Shown here one piece after another: positions 50,680-61,999 of a DNA stretch of 64,000 nt. The position numbers and the translations under genes were made by a program. Source of the stretch: Octopus sinensis (Eukaryota); assembly GCF_006345805.1 (NCBI RefSeq), contig NC_043011.1, forward strand, positions 24,688,464-24,752,463. Direction: 5' to 3'. The notes below the pieces were generated by a model. The model saw nothing but the letters and a program-made list of their open reading frames with translations, made no database searches and was not told the origin of the DNA. Each line of letters begins with the position of its first letter. The first letter of the stretch is position 1.

Positions 50680-53600
50680 GTAAAAAAAAAAAAAAAAGGA
50701 AAATATTGAGGAAAGAAAAAACACTTGAAAAACACTAATTTTGATGAAACAATGCTGCACTTTATTGACAAAGATTTGCTATAGAAGTCAGTCACCATCA
50801 CATTTATTTCAATTTTATCAAATTGGTGAACAATTACAATTAGCAACAAAACAACAGCTGAGTGAATTGACTGATTTTATGATTTGATATGATAATTGTA
50901 CTTTCAATTTTAAAAATGTTTAAAAAAAAAGAAGACAACAGCAGTTTGAAAAACATGATTTAATATCAGTTTGAATAAAATCTTTTAGTGGCAGATTGAA
51001 TGAAATAATGAAGAATGGTCATCCCTCCGAAAAAAAAAAATTAAGTAAAACAAAAAATATTGAGTGAAAAATTAAATATTAACTGTCAGTAATTAGATTA
51101 AGGATTGTATTATAAATATTTGAAACAAGCTTATACATTTTCAGAAATTGGAAACAAGTAAAAATGAAATTATATTGAACAAAAAGAAAATTGTATTCAA
51201 TATTTAAGAATTCAGCTGCCAAAATATTTGAAGGTAAATAAAAAAATTTTTTTTTTTATTTTAGATAATGATAAATCATTTATATCAAGTTAACTGAACT
51301 TAATTTTAATAAATGCCCAAATTTAGCAGGGTCATGTGGATTTACAGTGTTACCTTATCAAATATTATAAACTTATTTTGTCCACAGTAATAAAATTTAT
51401 TTAATTATCAATAAATCAGGAAATTTTTCACTGACAGCAATATTCAATGGCAGTATTTTGCCTGATAACTATAAAAATACCACTCATTTTTTTCACAGCA
51501 AATTTTGAAGCTACACAATTTCACTGCAACAGCTAATTCCACTTTCAATAACAACTATGTGAAAAATACAAGTAATGACCGTGATGAACTTTCAAATTTA
51601 GAACAATTTATATATATATATATATTTTTTGCATAATCTATAACTCTTCACAGACAAGAGAATAGGGAAAACCCTTTTCAACATAACTAAATCAGAGGTT
51701 TTATATATAAGCACCAGTCTATTTCTTTTCAGGTAGTATTTAGGATTCATACAATGAAAATAGAGGAAATATTTGAATTAATTCAACATTGGAGGATTAA
51801 CAATTTCTTAAAAATATGTATTTATCTCCAAGATATGAAGAGTTTTTATATAAAGAGACTTATATTTCAGTTAGAGAATATGATTTCTTGAAAGTCATTG
51901 TAAAATATAAAATCTGGAATGTATAATATTGTTTAGGAGGGTAATTTATATTGAAAATGGAGGGGCAATAAAACATGTTAGTGGTTTGGATATGCCCTCG
52001 AAGAAAAATGAATAATGAAAGACCATTCTTTAAAATAAATTTATTACAAAGAGTTCTAAAAATTAATATCCCTTTCTACTATAAGCACAAGGCCAGAAAT
52101 TTGGGGACTGGGAGTTAATTACATCAACCCTAGTGCTCAACTGGTACTTATTTTATTGGTCCCAGAAAGGACAAAAGGCAAAGTTGACCCCAGCAGAATT
52201 TGAGCTCAGAATTAAGAGAGAGACAAAACACTGCCAAGCATTTTGTTCTAGAGTGCTAACAATTCTGCCAGCTCACTACCTTAATAATAACAATAATAAG
52301 AGTAATAACATTTTCAAATTTTGGCACAAGGCCAGCAATTTTGGGGAATGGGGTAAGTCGATCACATCGACCCCAGATTTCAACCAGTACTTATTTTATA
52401 GACCTCAAAATAATGAAAGGTAAAGTCAACCTAGGCAGAATTTGAACACAGAACATAAAGATGGATGAAATGCTAAGCATTTTGCCCAGCATGATAACGG
52501 TTGTACCAGCTCACCACCTTAGCAATAATAATAATGGCTTGCATATTTAATAACTTTATGTATGTGCCAGATATGCAATATTTTTTCAGGATTAAAAACT
52601 GAAAAAAAAAAATTTGAATTATTTTTCCGAAACTGCTAGCTCAAAGTGAATTTCATAATCAGTTACATAACAGACAATGTACACAGTAAAAAGAAATACA
52701 GTTTATAAATTGTAATTATCATTTTTTTTTTAATTATTATTATATAAAAGAATTTCCACAGAATTAAGGTTCCAAGACAAAATATTTAATTTTGTCTTGT
52801 AAAAACTTATTACAGTAAAAAAGAAAAAAATGTGAAATCTATAATATTTTTGATGTTATTTTTATATATAACACCAGAGCTCATAAAAATAATTCTGAAA
52901 GAATAACATAAATGCTTCTCTTGCAAATGATCATGTCTCTTCAATAGTGTGAGAATTTTCTTTATGATCTTTCAAATTATTGTTTGTTTGGGACAGTGGA
53001 GTTAATTCAAACATCAGTATTCCAGCTTTGTATTTCAAATATAGGACATTTTCTTTTTAATGCCCAGAATTGCAAGAACTAAATTACTAATTACACAAAG
53101 CAATTATGTTTTATTACTCCACAGAAAACTATTTATCAACTAATAATAATAATAATATGCTGAAGAAGCACAAAGAAGAAATGCCTGCAAACACACTTTT
53201 GGCACATTAATGAATTATCAAGTATATATAACGCATAATCATTCTAGACAAATTAGAACAGAAATAGTTTATGTATGTGGTATGTATGTACACAAACATT
53301 GTTAGATAGATGCACACATACAAGAATTGAAACAAAGCAAGTGATTATACTAACCATTGAAAAATATGTAACAATTTGACAACCTAAATATTTCAACATT
53401 TATGAAATCAATATTTATCCCAATTTGAAAAGAAAAGCTCTTTATTTTCATTAACATGAAATAAAGTTATAAAAGCTAATGAAGGTTTGAGACCTAGTGA
53501 ACCACACCAAAATTGCATCTCTGTATCAAACCCCTAAAAGATATTGTTTCTGTCGAGTTTCTAAATCTAAAATTTTCTATTCTCTTTCCAGCCTGTTTTT

Positions 53601-55099
53601 AATGAAATAATCTTAGATGTGAACCACCATGGATTCTCACAAATTTTTTTTTTCAGTAGTTTTGTCATATATGTACGAAAAAAGGTAGTGAGAAAAAATA
53701 TGTAACAGATCAACTAAACTACAATAGCATGAAAATATAGTTACTAGGGTGTTTCTGAAAATGTCAGCTCCAATAATTAACAAGAATCAATAATTAGCAG
53801 CAGGAAAGATAAAATAGTTGCCTTTGAAGAATTTATATTTCAAGAGTTAAATCCTTTTCTTAACCCATTATCATAAAAGACCAAAGTACCTGAGATTGCC
53901 CAAATCTACCTACTCAAATTTACATCAAAATCCTGATGTAAATATTTTAATTGCATAAGTGATGGATGGCATGATTTCACTAGATAAACACTTGATGTAC
54001 ACTGCCCAACATTTTTAGACAAGAATTTTAATTCTTCCAAACGTTGGAGATACTTTTATCATTTTCCCATATTTCAATAACAATTTGTCCATTTTTGTAA
54101 AATTATATAAGCCTCATATTTAGTAGTAGCAACTCTGCAGTGAATAAAAGGTAGACTTTGAAGTTTCCAATGATGCAAACATCGTTGGACAGCAGTGTTA
54201 AAAGTAATTGTTTCTAGAAAGAGAATGAATGGGAAAGAAAGCTTTCAAATGTATCTCTTTCTCAAAATTTTCAGAAGAAAGCAAACAGACTCAATCGTTC
54301 ATCTTCATGACACAAAACTCAATGGTTATTTACTTTTGCTTATTCTAATTAGTGATTTTAGATGATAATGGCAGAGCTTAGTCCATATGAGAAATGTTAA
54401 CAGAGGGAAAAGGAGAACAAACTGAATGAAATTAAAACATTGATATAATTAGGGTCTTTTAGTAAGCTACATAATACATTTTAGAATTGAAATGAAACAC
54501 ATAAGGATGTATTTTAGTAAGGAATATAGTAAAATAAAAGGTTAAATTTTTTTTGTTATATATGATCATCTATAAGGCAAACACAACTTTTAGCTTGTAA
54601 ATTCTTGCCATTAAGTTATGCATTAGTGAATACAGAATTCTATCAATTACATGGAACAATATGAAGTCACAACCTTATATGCCTCTATCCTTATATTCCA
54701 TTTGATTCTCTACTAATGAAGCAGTGCTATTCACTTCACAGCTTACAGGCAAATTCATATAAGATACCTCTTGCTTAGACAGGGGTCAAAATAGGACTAA
54801 AATAGATAAGACTAGGAGCAAATTTTTAACATGCAATCCCTTACAAAACTATTTAACAGTATGATGGAGATGAAGGGAATGAGAACTAGGCACGCAGGTG
54901 ACATTAACAGACTTCCTCTAGCATACAATTACAAACATTGCACAATCATTGAAAAGAATTTTCAGACTCCATTATCAGAAAATAATTGTAAAGCTACTGG
55001 TATGTTGGTTATTCCATTATATCGTGAACCATTTGAGAGCAAACCCATCACAGTACTTAGCAAAGGACCAAGCCTGTTTTCCTGTAGTGGTAGTAGTAT
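50680..55099 (-). other. AT-rich, mostly unique sequence downstream of the QDPR stop: probable 3' UTR plus downstream flank (true end unknown)
   Basis: Lies directly after the stop codon and is poor in microsatellites compared with the rest of the window. Several AATAAA on the minus strand (plus-strand tttatt, e.g. 53441, 50761), so the polyadenylation site cannot be chosen from sequence alone. Confidence 0.35.
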
Positions 55100-55199
55100 T
55101 TAGCAAAGGACCAAGTCTGTTTTCCCGTCTTTGGTGACCATTTTCACCAAGCTTCCATTGGCAGGGCGTTCCTTGTCCATGCACCATTTATAGAAGAGC
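55100..55199 (-). CDS. QDPR: QDPR last coding exon, to stop codon
   Basis: Minus strand: ttttctattttttgtttcag|G CTC TTC TAT AAA TGG...GTC CTT TGC TAA. Gives LFYKWCMDKERPANGSLVKMVTKDGKTDLVLC*, compare human [29 protein letters not shown]. Confidence 0.95.
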
Positions 55200-55884
55200 C
55201 TGAAACAAAAAATAGAAAATCTAAAATTGCTGTTGTTGTTGTTTAGCCTCAGGTCAGCTGACTGAGTAGATCAATGATGGAAGGTACTTCAGCCATGACT
55301 GGCCCTCAAGCATTACATATCTAAACCAATGCTATACAAAGTGTCACCATCAGCATGGTAGGTGGGTGTTATTTGATGTAATGCTGGTTACCATTTCTAG
55401 TAGGTAGAGTGATTAGATAGAGGCTCCTTTGGTGACAATTGTTAGGTAACAGGGTCATTTACAGTTGAAATAATAACCCATACATCACAGATAATATACA
55501 AAGTTAACTTGCAAATTATAACAAATTTTTCAAACTGTTACCTTCATGATTCAGGTTAAAATGCTTCCACTGGCATGATCTGTGTGATTTACATGCACCA
55601 GTAGCCTAGTGGATAAGAACATAGTTCTTAGTAAACAAAAAAGTTCCTAGTTCAAATCTAGTCTGGTACAATGTACACATCCAGAAATGGAACAAGATGA
55701 TGTTTGGAGCTGAAACTGACTGAATTAGGACCCAAATGTAAATTTTTTCTTTAAATGATGTTAGACAGTCTGAAAAATTATCTTATTACAAATGTTTCAC
55801 TGACAATTATAAAGTATACTACAGTTCTTCGACTGTCATCCCCAAATTATTTGTTTTACTACAAAAATTAAATCTAAAGGTAAC

Positions 55885-56240
55885 CAGGCATGGCTGTGTG
55901 GTTAAACTTGCTTTGCCACCACATGGCTTCAGGTTCAATTCCACTGTGCATCACCTTCCGTAAGCATCTTTTACTATAGCCTGGGCCAACCAATGCCTCG
56001 TGAGTGAATTTGATAGATGTAAACTGAGTGGAAGCCTATTGTGTGTGCGTGAGTGTCCACACACTGCTTAACAGGTGTTGGTTTGTTTATATCCTTATAA
56101 CTCACAGTTCAACAGAAGAGACTAACAGAATAAGCATCACACTTACAATAATGAGTACATGGGTCAATTTGTTCAACAAAAATCTTTCTTGATGGTACCC
56201 AAGCATGGCTACAGTCCAATGACTGAAACCAGTGAAAAAG
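55885..56240 (+). mobile_element. Family A SINE in the last QDPR intron (antisense to the gene)
   Basis: Head GGCATGGCTGTGTGGTTAAA.. to tail GACTGAAACCAGTGAAAAAG. Confidence 0.8.
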
Positions 56241-56435
56241 ATGGTTGTTATGAAACAGAAAACTTCAGTTCATATGTTGTTGCTGCTATGGTTTTGATAA
56301 ACAGGCCATGATAGAGAATGAAACCCTAATTTCACCTACAAACAAACCCCTGACATGACCCCCCATTTAGCAGGTGACAAACGGGCTAATGAACCAATAA
56401 ATGATGGTGGTGAAAATGTTAATGGCTCTACTTAC

Positions 56436-56519
56436 TCAGACACAAAGTCCATTGATGTCCAAGTCGTTTGGTCAGCTTTGGCCATCCATTTCCTGTTATT
56501 TGGCGTATCTAGGACTACA
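56436..56519 (-). CDS. QDPR: QDPR penultimate exon, 84 bp
   Basis: Minus strand: ttcatattcatttttcag|T GTA GTC CTA GAT ACG CCA AAT AAC AGG AAA TGG...GTG TCT GA|gtaagt. Gives (P)VVLDTPNNRKWMAKADQTTWTSMDFVS(E), compare human [29 protein letters not shown]. Phase 2 at both ends, in frame with both neighbouring exons. Confidence 0.96.
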
Positions 56520-56558
56520 CTGAAAAATGAATATGAAACATTGAAAGAATAAAAATAA

Positions 56559-56857
56559 TCTTGATATATAAAACTGAAGTTGTGTGTGTGAGTGTCTGTC
56601 TACTCCGATTTAGATTCCTAACTACTCCCACATTTTGTGGTGCAGTTTAACCAAAAGAGGGTATCTTATAGTCGTGATTCATATTAAACCCTTCTGGGTA
56701 TTAGCGCGCGTCTATGGTGAGTCTATGATTTAAAAAAAAAATTTACCATCATTTTTCCGCATTTTTTGCTCAGTTTATATAAGGGAAGTAACTCTCTAAA
56801 AATGCTTATATAGTTATTTCCCTTACAAACCCGAGCAACGCCGAGCGATACTGCTAG
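56559..56857 (+). mobile_element. Non-autonomous Helitron, copy 3 (299 bp), in a QDPR intron
   Basis: A|TCTTGATATATAAAAC...CCCGAGCAACGCCGAGCGATACTGCTAG|T. Confidence 0.88.
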
Positions 56858-57079
56858 TATTAATTAAAAAAATACAAACTAACATCAAATTGGGAACTAT
56901 TTGAAAATATAACTTTAAAATGTTTTTTTTTTTTTTGTGTGTGTAATGATATTTAACCTTCAAGTGGTTTAGGTTAAATAAATACTGAGAGATGAGGGTT
57001 ACCATTTTTGATGTATGAAGCATTCCAATAATTCTGTCAAATGTAATGCTTTTTTATTCACATTGTTTTGAATTTATCA

Positions 57080-57452
57080 TAGGTGTGGCCACATGATAAG
57101 AAGCTTGCTTCCCAACCACATGGTTCCAGGTTCAGTCCCACTGCACCCTATGCAAGTGTCTTCTATTATAGCCTCAGGCCGACGAAAGCCTTGTGAGTGG
57201 ATTTGGTAGATGGAATTTGAAAAGAAGCCTGTCATGTGTGTTTGTGTATACATATATTTATGTCTTTGTTTGTCCCCCCCACCATCGCTTGACAACCAAT
57301 GTTGGTATGTTTATGTCCCTGTAACTTAGGGTTCAACAAAAGAGACCAGGCTTACAAAGAATAAGTCCTGTGGTTGATTTCTTTGACTAAAAAACCCTAT
57401 AAGGTGGTGCTCCAGCATAGCCACAATTAGAGGACTTAAACAAGTAAAAGAA
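57080..57452 (+). mobile_element. Family A SINE interrupting a piggyBac-type MITE remnant
   Basis: MITE sequence at 57020-57079 resumes at about 57455-57535. Confidence 0.75.
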
Positions 57453-57747
57453 TATCTCACAACTGAGATTTTGATGATGTGACTAAATTTTTAGAATGAT
57501 ATTGTAGAGTAGGTGTGAGAGGCCAGATCTAGCTTGCTTACTTCATGCTCTTGCTTGATGGGGTTAGGGTCATCCCAGGTTAGTGATCCCAGAGACATCC
57601 TGCTTAGAACTGACCAGACCCACCAGTGCCCCACATTGCTGGCAGTCCCATGCCAGCCTCTTTGCATCCTCCAAGATGACATTGAGCCTCTGGAGATATT
57701 CCTTAAACCACATCCAGTCATCTGGTACAGAGTCTGCCTATTCTTTT

Positions 57748-57956
57748 CTACTCTAGGCACAAGGCCCGAAATTTGGGGGGGAGAGGGCCAGTCGATTAGA
57801 TGATCACAGTACACAACTGGTACTTAATTTATCAACCCCGAAAGGATGAAAGGCAAAGTCAACCTCCATGGAATTTAAACTCGGAACATGAAGACAGATG
57901 AAATATCGCTAAGCATTTCACCTGGCGTGCTAACGTTTCTGCCAGCTTGCCACCTT
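57748..57956 (-). mobile_element. Family B-related SINE (uninterrupted form of the 40288-40745 host)
   Basis: Colinear with 40290-40377 plus 40626-40745. Confidence 0.85.
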
Positions 57957-58741
57957 GTTATATTCTATAATATAGGCCTATTCCAAGTGGTGGATGTTAT
58001 TGCTGCTTAACATCTGGACAGCTCTGACAGAATTATGATCATAGGTGCTTCAATCATGGCTCCCCTGTCTTTCTGCATTTCAGTCATAATATATCTACAA
58101 TTACCTTATCTAATGTATTATTATTTTTTTTAAGATAGCAAGTTGTGATATGAGGGAAATTTAGCTATTTTATGTTGTTGGAGGGACCACTTAGAGGTTC
58201 TGTCTTCGACTGATACTTTATTTTAAGTTTCCGAGTAACAACGGGGGACAACTCTGGATAAGGTCCTTATTTTAACTTCAACAAAAGCGACGAGCAGGAA
58301 GAATCGTTTATTCCGCCTATATGTTCTCATTTCAAATTCTGGCGAGGTCGAATTTTCCTTTCATCTGTTCGGGGTCGATAAGCACTAGTTGAGTACTGCG
58401 GTTGATATACTGGACTAGCGTCCATCCAAAAAATTTCATGTCTTATGTCTGTAGTAGAAAGAGCTATTTTTAAACTTAACATAACTCATTGAACTAGTAA
58501 CAAACAAATCGTTCAGTAAAATACAACAGAAAAGTATATTTGTTGCCATAGAACAAAAAGATGATTACTTAGAAATTAAACAATTCTGAGAAATCAGCCT
58601 TGTGTTTGCAATCTGTCAAAAGATTTACAATTAATGACTACAGACATTATAATGCATAGAATTGTATAGTTGTTGCATTTAACCAAAGTACTGAGCAAGC
58701 AGCCTGTCAAAGGCCATGTGACTTGTAATAACTACTGAAGA

Positions 58742-59330
58742 TATAAGTTAAGTTAAGTTAATTTTTTGGCTCAAAAAGCAAGGCCATGTAGGGGGACATG
58801 GAGTTATGTACAGGGTGGTGTTCATGCAAAGAGTTCAGGCCATTTGTGGTCAAGGGAGACTTTGAACCGAGCGATCATCAGCATCTTCACTATCTCGTCC
58901 GGCAGCTTATTCCACAGATCCGCAACCCAGATAGAGAAAGCCCCTCTCCTTCGATTGAGATGAAATCGTCGCAGATAGAGCTTTTCGGAGTGACCCCACA
59001 GCCAACGCTCTGGAGCAGGAGTGAAGAACAGCTCTTTCGAGAGGTTACACTTTCCGCTTATGATGTTGTGAGCAAGAATGAAATCACCACGGCGTCATCA
59101 TTTTTCTAGAGAATAAAGGTCGAGCGTCTTCAGCCTTTCTTCATAAGACAAATTCTTGAGACCAAGAACCATGCGGGTAGCCAGCTTCTGGACTCTTCTG
59201 AGATGCTGTATGTCTTTGAGGAGATAAGGAGAAGAAGCTTGAATCCCGTACTCCAATATGGGTCTCACCAGCATGACATAGAGCGGTAGGAATATAATAG
59301 GCTGTGTGGCTTTAAGTTGCTGCATCTAAC
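58742..59330 (-). mobile_element. 5'-truncated CR1-clade LINE in a QDPR intron
   Basis: LYVMLVRPILEYGIQASSPYLLKDIQHLRRVQKLATRMVLGLKNLSYEERLKTLDLYSLEK*RRRGDFI...AFSIWVADLWNKLP...FKVSLD, ending in (TTAAC)3 repeats. Confidence 0.88.
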
Positions 59331-60778
59331 CATAGTTGTAAATGGCACATTGCAGTGTTTATGCAATAAACACACTAGAGAAATCACTGTGGTCTGTAAT
59401 TTCTAAAATAATATATCCATTCAAATTTGCCTTTCAAATTCAAGTGATTGTCAACTGTACAGGGAAACCAGACGAGAAGCTTTAAGAATCAATATACTCT
59501 TTCTTTTTATAACAGCATAATTGTCCTGTGCACAGAAAAATATGTTGCTATCATGGTAGAAACGAGAAATCCCTCAGTTCAATCTGGATCATGGTACTAG
59601 AGACAAATTATTTGCAAAGTAGTGCACAGTATGAAGCTTCTTGTTACACGAGTACTCTCCTAGAATCAAGAATATGTAGTAACCAATTTGAAAAGCTTTT
59701 AAAAATAGGATAATACATTGTACTTGCTTTGAATACTAGAAATTTGTGTTTATTACTGTAGAGCCGGGGAAAGTAAATAGAAACTAATAGTTGAAGTATT
59801 TTCATTTCTTGATAATGTATCGATCTGGCTTTGCTGACAGGGAATATACAAGGGTTTCAGGGTCTCTACAGATAGTAAATTTCTTGTCTTATAAGTAGTG
59901 TTAAAAATGTCTTAGCAATAGCTACATCATAGCAGGAACTCTCAACAAATACACTGTTGATCTGTATGACTTATGTGTGACCTGTGACTGCGAAGGTAGT
60001 CAAATCACAACAGAATTGTTTCACTTTTAAGTCACATCAGCATTGATTCTTTGTTAAATCACACTGCTATATTCTACAGTGTGAACACTTCTAAAGGAGA
60101 CCAAGGACCAATACGTTTGTTGCAAAGCGATACTTATACAATAATGGCAAGACATAATATTTTCAAAGTTGTCTCCCTTCACGCCAGAATAATAGAAAAA
60201 TAACAAATCCATCATAATCATCTACTGATGCTTATGAAGGAACCTTTAATGGTTGTCATATATGTCAGAAATAACAGTGAAATCCATTTCCAGCCACTGC
60301 TTTCAAAAACAAATGATTACATTGGATATTGTATGTAATTTTCTTTTTACCAAAACTGTCCGACGAACAGGAACGTGAAACTCTAAATAACAGCTTTTGT
60401 TATATTTCTGCTGCTTTTAAGTAAAGTATATATATATATATCATTAATTAATAATATCAGGGTAATAAAGATTTTAGAAATTTTTACTACCAGTGGCCTA
60501 ACGTGTAGAAAAATTAGTCAAAAGACTATATATTATTCATATAAATACAGTGTACATTTAAACACATAAGTATCCGTCATAGGATTCCTGGCACGCTAGA
60601 AGGAACAGCCAAAGTCCAAACCACTATTAGGGATAAAACTTCGAAGAGAATGAAAAATAAAAACATTCACCATCTATCTCCAGAGATATATATATTGGGA
60701 ATTTTAAACATTTTCAAAGTTGTCTCCCTTCTCGCCAGAATAATAGAAAACAAAATAATCCACAAATATATATATATA

Positions 60779-60913
60779 TATACTCTTTACTCTTTTACTT
60801 GTTTCAGTCATTTGACTGCGGCCATGCTGGAGCACCGCCTTTAATCGAGCAACTCGACCCCGGGACTTATTCTTTGTAAGCCCAGTACTTATTCTATCGG
60901 TCTCTTTTGCCGA
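60779..60913 (-). mobile_element. Young 5'-truncated family A SINE
   Basis: CpG-rich and close to consensus; reverse complement of the family A tail. Confidence 0.9.
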
Positions 60914-61256
60914 TAGAATTTTAACGCTTCATCTTCGTTGGGTGACTTACCTTTCAAAAGCAATTGAGGGAATGTTCAAAGACGCCTTTGTATTTCAATA
61001 AACATCACAGTACAGTTAATCAGAAATGTATTTTTAATTATATCCCATAACTGATTACATTCTGCAAGACGTGTGTGTGTGTGTGTGGAAACAAGACGCC
61101 ATAAAGAATGCTACTACAAGTGAAGACTATGTAATTTGTTCTCTTATTCTGGTGTTATGTCACACATACACACATAGGTGCAGGCCTCTTATTTTTGTGT
61201 TTTTGCATTCTCAGCAGAAATGTACAGACCTTGCAAAAAAAAAAAAAAAAACCGTT

Positions 61257-61638
61257 GCAGGAGTGGCTGTGTGGTAAGTAGCTTGCTTATGAACCACATG
61301 GTTCCGGGTTCAGTCCCACTACGTGGCACCTTGGGCAAGTGTCTTCTACTATAGCTTCAGGCCGACCAAAGCCTTGAGCGGATTTGGCAGATGGAAACTG
61401 AAAGAAGCTTGTATGTGTGTGTGTGTATATATGTGTGTGTGTGTGTGTATGTTTGTCCCCCAACATCGCTTGACAACCGATGCTGGTGTGTTTACGTCCC
61501 CATCACTTAGCAGTTCAGCAAAAGTGACCAACAAAATAAGTACTAGGCTTGCAAAGAATAAGTCCTGGGATCGATTTCTTCGACTAAAGGCGGTGCTTCA
61601 GCATGGCTACAGTCAAATGACTGAAACAAGTAAAAGAG
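61257..61638 (+). mobile_element. Full-length family A SINE near the QDPR 109-bp exon
   Basis: Colinear with 12430-12784. Confidence 0.9.
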
Positions 61639-61890
61639 CGGTTTGACAAGTGAAGACTACTTCTAAGTAAACAAGAGTCAAGGGTCTCCAGTTGTAGAAT
61701 ACTGTCTCAAAGTGTTTCATCCAACCCATGCCACTATGGAGAAAGCAGATTTAAAACAAAACGGCAACAACAATAATGATGATGATGATGATTAATGTTG
61801 TAAAGAGGATAGACCTTTTAGAATATGTAATCTTTATTACAAGAATATCGCAAGAAATTGTTTCTAATGAAGTGATCAGTCAAAACTTAC

Positions 61891-61999
61891 GGTAAGGTGG
61901 CAAGAGCTACAGCACGAGAAGGGAGTCCACTTTTGTCACCAGCCAAACTTTTGGTCAATTGATGTACAGCAGCCTTAGCCATTCCATAGCCAATCATAC
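61891..61999 (-). CDS. QDPR: Dihydropteridine reductase (QDPR), internal exon (equivalent to human exon 5), 109 bp
   Basis: Minus strand: ccttatttcag|GT ATG ATT GGC TAT GGA ATG GCT AAG...ACC TTA CC|gtaagt. Translates (G)[35 protein letters not shown](P), containing the SDR YxxxK motif (YGMAK) and closely resembling human [31 protein letters not shown]. Earlier exons were not found in the window. Confidence 0.96.

Noticed and set aside
60358-60398. CCGACGA...GAAAC hammerhead-like string (also CTGTGA...CGAAAC at about 23712-23750, minus)
   Set aside because: Stem II or stems I/III cannot be paired in the required geometry.
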